Below are positions 48,041 to 58,229 of a DNA stretch of 64,000 nucleotides, in pieces. Each line of letters begins with the position of its first letter. Position 1 is the stretch's first letter. Origin of the DNA: an uncultured Mucilaginibacter sp. (lineage in GTDB: Bacteria > Bacteroidota > Bacteroidia > Sphingobacteriales > Sphingobacteriaceae); NCBI GenBank assembly GCA_903891475.1, contig CAITEP010000015.1, forward strand, positions 32,334-96,333. The letters are read 5' to 3'. The notes under the pieces were generated by a model. The model worked only from the letters and a program-made list of their open reading frames with translations, had not been told where the DNA came from and did no database searches. A program made the position numbers and the translations under genes.

Positions 48041-49099
48041 ATGAAATTAAAAAATCTGCTGTTATCCTCTTTTCTATTATTGTCCTCATTCACCCTTTTT
48101 TCAAATTGCAACCAAGGAAATTCCGCTGTAAAATCGGCAACTAAAAAAGATACCACCAAAAAAGTTGCCGCCACCGCAAAAGATACCGTGCCCCAAGTGG
48201 TCACCTATCCACCATTGGATAAGCACCTGTACGATTCATTAATGAAAAGAATGGCGCATGGAGATACTACTGGCAGATGGCCGGTAAAAAACGCGCCTTA
48301 TCCACTTCCGGGTGCTATTTTACCTTTTAAGCGTGTTGTTGCTTTTTATGGTAACCTTTATGCAAAAAAGATGGGTATTTTAGGCGAGCTTCCACCAAAT
48401 CAAATGCTGGCCAAGCTTAAAGGAGAAGTAAGTAACTGGGAAAAGGCTGATCCGCAAACTCCGGTACAACCTGCATTGCACTATATAGCAGTAGTTGCAA
48501 GTGGTTTTGGCGGTAAAGATGGTAAATACCGTAATCGTATGCCTTTTAAACAAATTGACAGTGTTTTAAGTTTAGCAAAAAAAGCACATGCCATTGTTTT
48601 TTTAGATATACAAGTAGCCTTGAGCAATATCCGCTCTGAAGTTCCACAGCTCGAGAAATATTGGATCATGCCAAATGTACATTTTGGTATGGATCCGGAG
48701 TTTTCTATGAAGGATGGCTCGCTGCCGGGTAAAAAAATAGGCACTTTTGATGCCGCCGATGTAAATTATGTTTCCACCTATTTAACAGGCTTGGTAAAGA
48801 AATATAACCTACCTCCAAAAATTTTAATTGTACACCGCTTTACAAAAAAAATGGTAACCAACTACAAAGAAATAAAGCTACATCCCGAAATTCAATTGGT
48901 AATGGATATGGATGGCTGGGGCGAACCTGATTTAAAAACTGGTACTTACCGCAATTTTATTTATCCGGAGCCGGTTCAATTTACCGGGTTTAAATTATTC
49001 TACAAAAACGATATCAAAAAAGCGCCGCACCATATGCTAACCCCAACCGAGGTTTTAACAAAATACAAGCCTTACCCAATGTATATACAATATCAGTAA
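48041..49099 (+). CDS. hypothetical lipoprotein
   Basis: Signal peptide plus lipobox (LFSNC). I recognise no catalytic motif. I prefer the ATG at 48041. Confidence 0.6.
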   Translation: MKLKNLLLSSFLLLSSFTLFSNCNQGNSAVKSATKKDTTKKVAATAKDTVPQVVTYPPLDKHLYDSLMKRMAHGDTTGRWPVKNAPYPLPGAILPFKRVVAFYGNLYAKKMGILGELPPNQMLAKLKGEVSNWEKADPQTPVQPALHYIAVVASGFGGKDGKYRNRMPFKQIDSVLSLAKKAHAIVFLDIQVALSNIRSEVPQLEKYWIMPNVHFGMDPEFSMKDGSLPGKKIGTFDAADVNYVSTYLTGLVKKYNLPPKILIVHRFTKKMVTNYKEIKLHPEIQLVMDMDGWGEPDLKTGTYRNFIYPEPVQFTGFKLFYKNDIKKAPHHMLTPTEVLTKYKPYPMYIQYQ

Positions 49100-49120
49100 C
49101 CGGTATGTTTTTTAATGATT

Positions 49121-49157
49121 AAAAGGTTTATAACATTTGTTATAAACCTTTTTGCTT
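49121..49157 (+). terminator. intrinsic terminator
   Basis: 14-bp perfect stem aaaaggtttataac/gttataaacctttt with a 4-nt loop and a T-rich tail. Confidence 0.7.
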
Positions 49158-49255
49158 TATATCAGCTTTTTTACGCCTTAAATAAAAAAATTTGAGTACT
49201 TTTAAGCATCTTAAAACATAACAAGTAATGGCAAACTTAAACTTCAACTAAGTAT

Positions 49256-50710
49256 ATGGATCCCATTCAAAAAACAGATTTAGGAACAAAGCAAAAGGCA
49301 CTTGCCATCAATCTCGACCCAAGAATTTATGGCTCATTTGCCGAAATTGGGGCAGGACAAGACGTTGCGGCCAACTTTTTTAAAGCGGGTGGCTCATCGG
49401 GCACCATAGCAAAAACCATGTCGGCTTATGACATGACATTCTCCGACGCTATTTATGGGGTACAACAAGGTAGGCGCTATGTGAGCGAACCACGCCTAAT
49501 TGCCATGCTCGACCATGAATATGAACTTTTGATTGAACGCCTTGCCGAGCAAAGAGGCAGCAACACTACCTTTTTCGCTTTTTCTGATACCATTGCGGCA
49601 CTCAATTATCATAAAACCAACGAGGGCCACGGCTGGATGGGCGTACGTTTCCAATTGGAGCCCAATGGGCAATACAATGATGTTGTTATACACGTAAAAT
49701 TATTAGATAACGACAATAACCTGCAACAACAGGCTGTAGGTGCCTTAGGTGTAAACCTGTTATATGCTTGCTTTTTTTACCACGATAACCCTACTAACTT
49801 TTTACTTTCGTTAATGGACGACCTGTCGAAAGATCGTATCCAGATTGACATGATTAGGTTTGAAGGGCCTGATTTTAGTAAGGTTGATAATCGCTTAATG
49901 AGTATGCTATTGGTTAAATATGGCTTCTCGGATGTAGCGGTATTTGGACCCGATGGTAATAACATGCAACCATCCGAAGCCTTATATAAAAAGCATATAG
50001 TGGTAATTCGCGGTAGGTTTAGGCCATTGATTAACCTTCATTTGGATATGTTAAACACCGGGGTAAAGCAATTTTTGCAAGAGCCCGATGTTGATAAAAA
50101 TAACATAGTGGTTATTACCGAGCTTACCCTACAATCACTAAAAGAAAGAAACGCGAGCGATAGCGCAGATATTGATGAAAAGGACTTTTTAGACAGGGTT
50201 GATATTCTATGCTCATTAGGGCAAACGGTATTGATTTCTAACTTTCACGAATATTATAAGCTGGTAGCTTATTTGTCAAAAATAACCAAGCTAAAAATGG
50301 GTGTGGTTTTAGGCTACCCTAACTTGGAGTATATTTTTGCCGAAGAACATTATCAGGAGCTTGCCGGGGGTATCTTAGAGTCATTCGCTACCCTGTTTAG
50401 CCGCAAGGTAAAACTATTTATATACCCTACCCTCCGGGATGGTATGATTTATAATTGCCTAAGGTTTAACCCACCATCACACCTGATTGATTTGTACCGT
50501 TATTTAATTGCCAATAATAAAATTGAGGACATTAGGCACTTTAACGAGAACAACCTAAACATACAAACCGATAAGGTATTGCAAATGATAAAGCAGGGGG
50601 AAGAAGGTTGGGAAGAGTTTGTTCCGCCCGAAGTTGCCACCATGATAAAAGACAGGTGCCTATTTGGCTATATTTGCGAAAGCAACCCAAAGGAAGATGA
50701 AATTATATAA
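49256..50710 (+). CDS. conserved hypothetical cytoplasmic protein
   Basis: 484-aa ORF with no TM or signal peptide. It has a conserved-looking N-terminus FAEIGAGQDVAANFFKAGGSSGTIAKTMSAYDM. I cannot assign a function. Confidence 0.6.
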   Translation: MDPIQKTDLGTKQKALAINLDPRIYGSFAEIGAGQDVAANFFKAGGSSGTIAKTMSAYDMTFSDAIYGVQQGRRYVSEPRLIAMLDHEYELLIERLAEQRGSNTTFFAFSDTIAALNYHKTNEGHGWMGVRFQLEPNGQYNDVVIHVKLLDNDNNLQQQAVGALGVNLLYACFFYHDNPTNFLLSLMDDLSKDRIQIDMIRFEGPDFSKVDNRLMSMLLVKYGFSDVAVFGPDGNNMQPSEALYKKHIVVIRGRFRPLINLHLDMLNTGVKQFLQEPDVDKNNIVVITELTLQSLKERNASDSADIDEKDFLDRVDILCSLGQTVLISNFHEYYKLVAYLSKITKLKMGVVLGYPNLEYIFAEEHYQELAGGILESFATLFSRKVKLFIYPTLRDGMIYNCLRFNPPSHLIDLYRYLIANNKIEDIRHFNENNLNIQTDKVLQMIKQGEEGWEEFVPPEVATMIKDRCLFGYICESNPKEDEII

Positions 50711-50740
50711 ATTGGTTTAGCTTTAACTGGCTAAACCAAT
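50711..50740. terminator. hairpin between convergent genes, overlapping the hemCD stop codon
   Basis: 11-bp perfect stem attggtttagc/gctaaaccaat with an 8-nt loop. Confidence 0.5.
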
Positions 50741-52308
50741 CCAAATACGGCCTCTGCAAGGCCAACTTCATCCGGCGAATAGGGCAGGGTATAGCTCACC
50801 CCATAGTCTTCCAATTTTTTACCGGTTGAATGGCCTATAGCTATTACTTTTTGTCCGGGCTCTAATAAATTATCGGTAAAATAGGCTTCCACATTAGATG
50901 GGCTGGTAAAAATCAAAATATCTTCACAGCAAGTTGCTATGTTGGTAACCGGCACTGTTTGATAAATTGGCAGATCTATTATTTTAGTTTCGGCTGATAA
51001 GCCTTGTTGTATGCTTTTTAACGAATTTTCGGCAGCAGGGAAAATTACGGTGCTGCCATTAGCAAATTCAGCGAATTTTTTGGCAATCAGGTCGGTATCA
51101 ATACTGCTTCCGGTAAAATCTGGCACATATCCTGCTTTGCGCAAAGCCTCGGCCGAGCCATTGCTCATTACACCAAACTTAACCGCTTTAGGTAATAAGG
51201 GTTCTAACTTAAAAAAATACTCTATCGCGTTTTTGCTACTAAAAAATACCCAATCCGCATTCTTCAATATAAAATTATCAAGCTTGGTGATAATAGGCAC
51301 CGTGCGGATAAATGAAATATCTTCTACCTCGATATTATGTTTTTCGAGCGCTTTCCTTAAATAACTTTTTTCGGTCAATTCTCTCGAAATAAATACCTTC
51401 TTCGGGAATTCGCGGTCTTTATTAAAAAAACTAACTACTTTATTTGCAAGCCCTTCGGTGGTAGTCGATTCAACAAATAGCCTGTCCGGAAATTCGGTAC
51501 CTTCATCTGCCTTTGAGGTAAATACCTGGTAACTGTTACCTTCTTTACGACAATAAACCCCTAAAGGCAAGTGGCAACCGCCGCCAAATAGTTTTAAGAT
51601 ACCCCGCTCAACAGCCAATAGCTCAGCTACTTCAGGGTGGTGTAATGGTTGCAAGGCATCGAATATCTCCTTATCATTTTCACGTATTTGGATAGCTAGT
51701 GCTCCCTGAGCGGGTGCAGGTATCAATTCGGTAGGTGATAGTTCCTCTACATGAAATTCGCTTAAATCAATTTCCAATCGGTATACCCCGGCTTTAGCCA
51801 GCATAATGGCATCGTAATCTCCCTGACGGAGTTTATTGATACGGGTAGGGACATTACCTCTTAGCTCGTGTATTTCAAGGTCGGGGCGGTGGGCAAGCAA
51901 TTGTGCTTTTCGCCTGTTTGAGGAAGTCCCTACATTGGCTCCGTATTTAACAGCCAACTTTTGTTTGGGGTCGACACAATCTTTTAAAATCAACAACAAC
52001 TCCGAAGCGTCTTCCCTTTCCGAAACTGCGGCAATAATTAAGCCTGGTGGGTTTTCGGTCGGGAGGTCTTTATGGGAATGCACAGCTAAATCAATGCTGC
52101 CATTTAGTAGCTCTTCTTCCAGTTCTTTGGTAAAAAACCCTTTTCCCTCCAGCTTATCAAAGCTCAGGTTAAGGATACGGTCGCCTTGTGTTTTAATTAT
52201 TTTTAACTCGGCGGTAATACCGATAGCGGCCAAACTATCTTTTACAAAATGAGCTTGCCATAGTGCCAATTCGCTGCCGCGTGTTCCTATAATGAGTGTT
52301 CTTTCCAC
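50731..52308 (-). CDS. hemC: fused hydroxymethylbilane synthase / uroporphyrinogen-III synthase (HemC-HemD)
   Basis: The N-terminal ~300 aa carry GTRGSELALWQA, RGNVPTR and the cofactor Cys in GGCHLPLG. The C-terminal ~220 aa are HemD-like (two alternating alpha/beta halves, IFTSPSNVEAYF). Confidence 0.85.
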   Translation of the reverse strand: MERTLIIGTRGSELALWQAHFVKDSLAAIGITAELKIIKTQGDRILNLSFDKLEGKGFFTKELEEELLNGSIDLAVHSHKDLPTENPPGLIIAAVSEREDASELLLILKDCVDPKQKLAVKYGANVGTSSNRRKAQLLAHRPDLEIHELRGNVPTRINKLRQGDYDAIMLAKAGVYRLEIDLSEFHVEELSPTELIPAPAQGALAIQIRENDKEIFDALQPLHHPEVAELLAVERGILKLFGGGCHLPLGVYCRKEGNSYQVFTSKADEGTEFPDRLFVESTTTEGLANKVVSFFNKDREFPKKVFISRELTEKSYLRKALEKHNIEVEDISFIRTVPIITKLDNFILKNADWVFFSSKNAIEYFFKLEPLLPKAVKFGVMSNGSAEALRKAGYVPDFTGSSIDTDLIAKKFAEFANGSTVIFPAAENSLKSIQQGLSAETKIIDLPIYQTVPVTNIATCCEDILIFTSPSNVEAYFTDNLLEPGQKVIAIGHSTGKKLEDYGVSYTLPYSPDEVGLAEAVFGLV

Positions 52309-52333
52309 AATGCGAAATTAAAATGCGAAATTA
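52309..52333 (+). repeat. 13-bp-period direct repeat abutting the hemCD start codon
   Basis: aatgcgaaatta occurs at 52309-52320 and 52322-52333. Confidence 0.7.
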
Positions 52334-52400
52334 ATGAATTAGGGCTACATTAAATATGTTTTTAGGGATTGATTAAAGAAAGATGAGTGGAAAGGAATTT

Positions 52401-53624
52401 TTAGTGCTTAATCAATATCTCTTTTGCCATTTTCATGGGCACACTAATGTATTTTTTCTCCATGTAATTAATCACCTTCTCTAAGGTTTCACGCGAATGC
52501 GCATCCATATTTTGAACTTCCTCGGCAAAAACAGAATTTAAGGCTACCTTCCTGATTTCTTTAATTTTTTCGGGAACTTCGCGCATGGCTATCTCTACCT
52601 TACGCTGACGTAATTCCAGAATAAAAGCATCCATGTTTTGTTCAATAATAGCTTCGGCATGGGTTAGCTCTTCGTAACGTTCCTGCAGGTTGTTTTTGGC
52701 AACTTCGTTTAATGAATGCACCTCAATAAAACTTACCGGGAATTTTTTAAGCACCTCCGCGTCGGTATCATTTGGTATGGCTAAATCAACTATTGTTTTA
52801 CGGTTAGTTTCGCCATTTAAAAGGGTGGTATATATTTCGGTAGTAATAATAGGCTCTATAGAAGAAGTACAGGTAATAATTACATCAAAGCCTTTGTTAT
52901 AATGCTTCAATGCCTCTAAATCAAAAGCTTCTCCGCCCAATTCATCAGCTAATATTTTAGCCTTTGCTAGGGTACGATTAAAAACAGCGAAATTTGAAAA
53001 CTTGTGTTTTTGCAGATACTTTGAAATATTCCTATTAGTTTCCCCGGCTCCAATAATTAAAATACGTGCATTGCTCCATAAATTAATCTCTCTTAATTTA
53101 CGATAGGCCAGTGAAACTACTGATATAGGATTTTTTGAAATATTGGTATGCGTATAAACTTCCTTTGCAGTTTTTACGATGCAGTTCATAAACATACGTA
53201 AACCATCTCCGGTAAGCCCAGCCTCGCGGCAATCCTCGTAAGCCTTACGCAACTGAGCTAAAATTTCTTTCTCACCTACAATCAGACTTTCCATGGAGCA
53301 GGAGGTTCGCAACAAATGTTCTAAAGCATCTTTACCCTCGTAATAAGCAGCAGCGTTTAAAAATATTTCGGTAGAAACCGGGCAAAGCCCCATGCTCATG
53401 GCTTCCATAAACTGCTTTGCAAAATCCTTGTCAACCAACTTAGCGGTTATCATCACAAATTCAACGCGGTTACAGGTAGCCAGGTAAAAAATCTCATCAA
53501 TACCAAGTAAAGTTTTTACACTCGCCAATTTATCATTGAGATTTTCCTGGCAAATAACCAGACGACCCAATTCCTTCAGCTCAATTTGTTTATGTGTAAA
53601 AGCAATTACTTTTAAGTTCTTCAA
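52401..53624 (-). CDS. hemA: glutamyl-tRNA reductase
   Basis: Catalytic-Cys motif LATCNRVEF and NADPH Rossmann ILIIGAGETN, in a 407-aa ORF. Confidence 0.85.
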   Translation of the reverse strand: MKNLKVIAFTHKQIELKELGRLVICQENLNDKLASVKTLLGIDEIFYLATCNRVEFVMITAKLVDKDFAKQFMEAMSMGLCPVSTEIFLNAAAYYEGKDALEHLLRTSCSMESLIVGEKEILAQLRKAYEDCREAGLTGDGLRMFMNCIVKTAKEVYTHTNISKNPISVVSLAYRKLREINLWSNARILIIGAGETNRNISKYLQKHKFSNFAVFNRTLAKAKILADELGGEAFDLEALKHYNKGFDVIITCTSSIEPIITTEIYTTLLNGETNRKTIVDLAIPNDTDAEVLKKFPVSFIEVHSLNEVAKNNLQERYEELTHAEAIIEQNMDAFILELRQRKVEIAMREVPEKIKEIRKVALNSVFAEEVQNMDAHSRETLEKVINYMEKKYISVPMKMAKEILIKH

Positions 53625-53748
53625 AGTAGTTTTAATTTTAACCCGACAAAAGTAAAAGGATTTGGCAGACGCTATGTCAACAGTCTGTCATACAGATGAA
53701 TTTAGAATGTTTATAAATTAGCTTTAAATAGGCAGATTTTCAGGTAAT

Positions 53749-55056
53749 TTATTTGTTAAATGTCACCAAATATTCCGAAATATAATCGCTTTTATCGCCC
53801 TCCATATCTTTAAAAAACAACCTGGCCTTTTGCCCTAATTTTAATGCCGAATATTTATTGGTTCCGTTAGCCTCATTGTTTAAAGGCTGTAAGGACGGAT
53901 ACCAAATAATATGCCCCGGCTTATCTAAAAGCAACACGGGCTTACTCCATTGCTGGGAGTTATCGCCTTCGCCCAAATCGGCATTTTTATTGTACGATAT
54001 ATAAATACTGCTCCCCTTCCATGAAGGACCTTCTGCTTTGGCTATAAGCATCACCCAAGATTTTAAATACACGTTCCAACTTACGGATGGTCCCCAAAAA
54101 TATTTAGCCGTCGGCGATGACGTCGGTCCGCCTCCCTCGGCCAATGGAATTTGCACAGCAGCTACAGGCTTCCCAACTCCATTGTAGGGTATGGTAAAGG
54201 CATGTCCGTCCCAACGTTTTGCTTTTCCTTGGGGGTTATCCAAATCTGAAAGTGCTATACGGGCCATGCTAACACATTGCCCTTTCCATTCTGTTTCTGG
54301 ATTATAACTAGCCTCCTCATATTTCCCAGGGAAGCCATATTCCCCATAAAACAAGTATAAATATTTACCGTTGGCAACGGCAGATGGGTCGCCATTACCA
54401 CCTGCAAAATTAGCCGCGGTATTGTTTGGTCTTAATATTAATCGGGGTTGCTCATCCTCAATAAATATACCCTTATTGTCCCAGCTTTTGCCGCCATCTG
54501 TTGATTTCATAATACCAATCCTGCATACTGCAGAGGGAGATGCCGGACCTTTTAAGCCTTGCGGCCATAAGGTACTTTTATAGCCTTTACCGGTTACGGA
54601 ATCATAAGGCAAAGTTTCAGGGTAGTTTTCATTATGATATAAGGCATACAGTGTATTTCCAGATTGATCAGTACTATCCTGATAAAGCGACTCGAACCAT
54701 ACCGCTCCATGCAAACCAGGCTTTCCGGGAGGGGCATTAGGTGGCATTTTAGGTGCTATAAAACCTTTTTCGGGCGTTTGAAAAGCTTCGTCAATGGTAG
54801 AGCCAATAGCATACTTTAAGTTATCAGACGGCCCCCATAGAGGATCCTCACCATATTTACCGGGGAAAATCATGAATTTATTCCCTATCCAAACCTCCGA
54901 CATATTGCAATCAACAAAGGAGTTAAACACAAAGCGGGTAACCGGAGTTAAAATAGCTTTAGGATGGTCTTCAAAGCCATCATTCATTACGATTGGTTTA
55001 AAGGAGGTAGCTATAATAATGTAAAACAAAAATAAAATTTGTTTAATTGACTTCAT
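53749..55056 (-). CDS. secreted hypothetical protein with a BNR/Asp-box (sialidase-like propeller?)
   Basis: Signal peptide and one canonical Asp-box STDGGKSW. I cannot assign a family. Confidence 0.5.
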   Translation of the reverse strand: MKSIKQILFLFYIIIATSFKPIVMNDGFEDHPKAILTPVTRFVFNSFVDCNMSEVWIGNKFMIFPGKYGEDPLWGPSDNLKYAIGSTIDEAFQTPEKGFIAPKMPPNAPPGKPGLHGAVWFESLYQDSTDQSGNTLYALYHNENYPETLPYDSVTGKGYKSTLWPQGLKGPASPSAVCRIGIMKSTDGGKSWDNKGIFIEDEQPRLILRPNNTAANFAGGNGDPSAVANGKYLYLFYGEYGFPGKYEEASYNPETEWKGQCVSMARIALSDLDNPQGKAKRWDGHAFTIPYNGVGKPVAAVQIPLAEGGGPTSSPTAKYFWGPSVSWNVYLKSWVMLIAKAEGPSWKGSSIYISYNKNADLGEGDNSQQWSKPVLLLDKPGHIIWYPSLQPLNNEANGTNKYSALKLGQKARLFFKDMEGDKSDYISEYLVTFNK

Positions 55057-55247
55057 GGTATATAATTTGGTAAAACTGGAATTAAATATAGTTATTAGTA
55101 TTGGGGTTATAAAAAAAGGCTGCTATTATTAAGTCGGTTAGAAATACAATTTAAACCTGTTAGCGAAATAATAATTTAGAAAATAAAAAGAAAGTATATT
55201 TTAAATTCAGGCTTTTTAAGTACTTTAGTTTTAAAATAATCTAAGCG

Positions 55248-56018
55248 ATGAAACCCTTCTTATCACTTTTGCTTTTTTCATTTCCTATGTTAGCTCTAGG
55301 TCAATCCTTCATTGCTAATGATTGGCAACCAACTGAAAAAGCTTATTACCAAACTACGAATGGAAAATCCAATAATAAAACAAATACGCAAACTTATATT
55401 GGCGCAGGCATAAATTATAATTTTAGTTCTTTTAGTGATATTATTGAGGAAGGGCGACAAATATTTCCAAATCTAAGTCCCAAATTAGATTATGGTATTA
55501 AATGGTTAAAAAATAACATCAGCCCTAATTTAGTTTTTAAAGCTGATGTTTCCATAATCTTATTTAATCCACGATTTAATATCTACTTTGACCCAAGGCT
55601 TATTGACCCATACGACCCCCCATTGCTAAGTGGGCCATATCCCGTGTTAGATGCAAGAATTATTTTCAAACAAGTTACTGTGGCATTAAATCCAACCATT
55701 GATTACAATTTTATAAATAAAAGTAATTACCAAATGTTTGTTGGTGTTGCTGCATCATTTAATTTGATTAAGAATTTTGATTTTACTTATTATGACTTGC
55801 AGAATGACAAGAACAATCAAAATGCAACCTATAATTCACCTGATATCTATAAGTTTAAAAACTTTCTCTTAAACTATTCATTACAGAGCGGAATTACACT
55901 CAACAAAAAAATAGAATTAAGCGTCACCTACTCTCCCACTACCACATTAAACAACTACACAGTTAAAATAGAAAATCAATTTATTGGCATAGGCGCTAAT
56001 TACTTGTTTAATAAATAG
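55248..56018 (+). CDS. hypothetical outer-membrane beta-barrel protein
   Basis: Signal peptide, alternating amphipathic strands, and an aromatic residue near the C-terminus (ANYLFNK). Confidence 0.5.
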   Translation: MKPFLSLLLFSFPMLALGQSFIANDWQPTEKAYYQTTNGKSNNKTNTQTYIGAGINYNFSSFSDIIEEGRQIFPNLSPKLDYGIKWLKNNISPNLVFKADVSIILFNPRFNIYFDPRLIDPYDPPLLSGPYPVLDARIIFKQVTVALNPTIDYNFINKSNYQMFVGVAASFNLIKNFDFTYYDLQNDKNNQNATYNSPDIYKFKNFLLNYSLQSGITLNKKIELSVTYSPTTTLNNYTVKIENQFIGIGANYLFNK

Positions 56019-56219
56019 CCCTAATAATTTAACATTTTTTACTGATATAAGTTTTTATTAAATTAATGATATAAAGATTGCACTGTTAAAAATGTCCGTA
56101 TCATCTCGATAATGATTGTTTATTTGTAGCTATATTTGATTAAGAAATCAAACCTTATTAATCTGATAATTTTATAACTCTGATTCGTTTTTTGTTCTGT
56201 AAGCCTAGTGAAATCAAAT

Positions 56220-57053
56220 ATGATAAAAAAACAAAGTTTTAATATACAAGGTGCCAAAGGGCGTGGTATGCTGATGGATTTAACATTTGACGATAGCATG
56301 CCTAAAGCTCCTATCGTAATTTTTGCACATGGTTTTAAAGGCTTTAAAGATTGGGGCGCGCATAATTTGGTGGCTAATTTTTTTGCAGAAAACGGGCTTA
56401 GGTATCTGAAATTTAATTTCTCGCACAATGGCACTACTTCCGATAAACCTTTGGAATTTTCAGATCTGATAGCTTTTAGCGATAATACATTTAGCATAGA
56501 ACTGGATGATTTAAAGGCGGTGATTGATTTTGCCTACCAAGGACCTGCCATGCCCGCAGCTACCGAAATTTATTTAATTGGGCATAGCATGGGCGGTGGT
56601 ATCAGTATTATTAAAACGGCTGAAGATAAGCGAATAAAAAAATTGGTGAGTATGGCCTCAATTGCTAGTTTTCGTAATTTATGGCCGAAGGAGATGGAAG
56701 CGCAATGGCGACTGCAAGGCATGGCTTACTTTACCAATAAGCGTACCAACCAGCAAATGCCTTTAAAAGTAACCGCCCTGCTTGATTTAGATAAGAACCC
56801 AACACGATTGGATATTTTGACGAACGCCGCGAAGGTTGAAGTACCCTGGTTGATTGTTCATGGAGATGCCGACCCAACCGTAGCTGTTTCCGCCGCACAT
56901 GAACTTAAGGCAGCCCAACCAAATGCCGAATTAAGCATTATTGCAGGTGCCGACCATACTTTTGGTGGCTCGCAACCCGAACTTGAAAATATACTGCCAC
57001 CACATCTGGAAGAATTTTGCAAACAAGCCGTATCTTTTTTTAAAAGGGCATAA
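56220..57053 (+). CDS. alpha/beta hydrolase
   Basis: Nucleophile elbow GHSMGG, with late Asp (HGDADP) and His (ADHTF). I prefer the ATG at 56220 over the GTG at 56208. Confidence 0.8.
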   Translation: MIKKQSFNIQGAKGRGMLMDLTFDDSMPKAPIVIFAHGFKGFKDWGAHNLVANFFAENGLRYLKFNFSHNGTTSDKPLEFSDLIAFSDNTFSIELDDLKAVIDFAYQGPAMPAATEIYLIGHSMGGGISIIKTAEDKRIKKLVSMASIASFRNLWPKEMEAQWRLQGMAYFTNKRTNQQMPLKVTALLDLDKNPTRLDILTNAAKVEVPWLIVHGDADPTVAVSAAHELKAAQPNAELSIIAGADHTFGGSQPELENILPPHLEEFCKQAVSFFKRA

Positions 57054-57098
57054 ACTCTTTCTCAAAAAATACGGCTCGTTTTAGGATAGCTTAGTTTA

Positions 57099-58157
57099 TT
57101 AAATATTTTTAGCCAACCAATCGCCAACTTCGCTGGTTTTGTAGGCTTTATTTTTGCCGGCAAGGTCTTCTGTTACTACCCCTTCGGCCAATGATTTATT
57201 TACTACCTCCCTGATTAATTCCGCTTCTTCTTTCAATCCAAAAGCATCCTCAAACATCATAGCTGCCGATAATACAGTTGCCAAGGGATTAGCAATATCT
57301 TTACCTGCCGCTTGTGGGTACGAACCGTGTATTGGCTCGTATAATGAAGTATGTATACCAACAGATGCCGATGGCATTAAACCCATAGAGCCTGAAATAA
57401 CAGATGCTTCATCGGTCAAAATATCACCAAAAAGATTTTCGGTTATCAACACATCATAGCTATTTGGCCATTGCACCAGGCGCATTGCAACCGCGTCAAC
57501 AAATTCATAGCTAACGGTAACTTCCGGGTAATCCTTCTCCATATCTTGTACCGTTTCGCGCCATAGGCGTGATGTTTCCAATACATTGGCCTTATCTACA
57601 CAGCATAATTTTTTGCTGCGGGTCATGGCCATTTCAAAGCCTAATTTAGCCAATCGTTGTACTTCGGCACGGGTATAGGTACAGGTATCAAAGGCGGTAT
57701 TGCCATCATCTAATCGGCCACGGGCACCAAAATAAATACCTCCGGTAAGTTCACGCAAAATAATGATATCTGTACCTTCAATGCGCTCCCTTTTTAAAGG
57801 CGAATTATCAATTAATGATGGGAAAGTAAAGGTAGGGCGCACATTAGCGTACAAACCTAATTTTTGACGCATTTTTAACAAGCCTTGCTCGGGGCGTACC
57901 TTGGCCTTTGGGTCGTTATCAAAACGCGGGTGACCAATAGCGCCAAACAATACCGCATCTGCAGCCATACAAATTTCGTGTGTCGTGTCAGGGTAAGGTT
58001 CACCAACCGCATCAATTGCGGCAGCACCTGTTAAAGCAGAGGTCCAGGTAATTTGGTGGTTAAATTTTTTTGCTATTGCGTTTGATACTTTAACGGCCTG
58101 ATTAATAACCTCGGGCCCAATTCCATCACCAGCTAAAAGCGCGATATTTAGTTTCAT
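57099..58157 (-). CDS. leuB: 3-isopropylmalate dehydrogenase
   Basis: 352-aa ORF with LAGDGIGPEV, NLFGDILTDEASVISGSMGL and other signatures. Confidence 0.95.
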   Translation of the reverse strand: MKLNIALLAGDGIGPEVINQAVKVSNAIAKKFNHQITWTSALTGAAAIDAVGEPYPDTTHEICMAADAVLFGAIGHPRFDNDPKAKVRPEQGLLKMRQKLGLYANVRPTFTFPSLIDNSPLKRERIEGTDIIILRELTGGIYFGARGRLDDGNTAFDTCTYTRAEVQRLAKLGFEMAMTRSKKLCCVDKANVLETSRLWRETVQDMEKDYPEVTVSYEFVDAVAMRLVQWPNSYDVLITENLFGDILTDEASVISGSMGLMPSASVGIHTSLYEPIHGSYPQAAGKDIANPLATVLSAAMMFEDAFGLKEEAELIREVVNKSLAEGVVTEDLAGKNKAYKTSEVGDWLAKNI

Positions 58158-58229
58158 GTATTTTAGGTATTATGATTTATTCAACAAAATTCCACAAATG
58201 TAAAAGGATTTTTGAAGTGCTTATTAGAA

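Noticed and set aside
56120-56497. 125-aa minus-strand ORF overlapping the 5' end of the alpha/beta hydrolase gene
   Set aside because: It is antisense to a gene with a clear catalytic triad context, and its own translation has no recognisable features.
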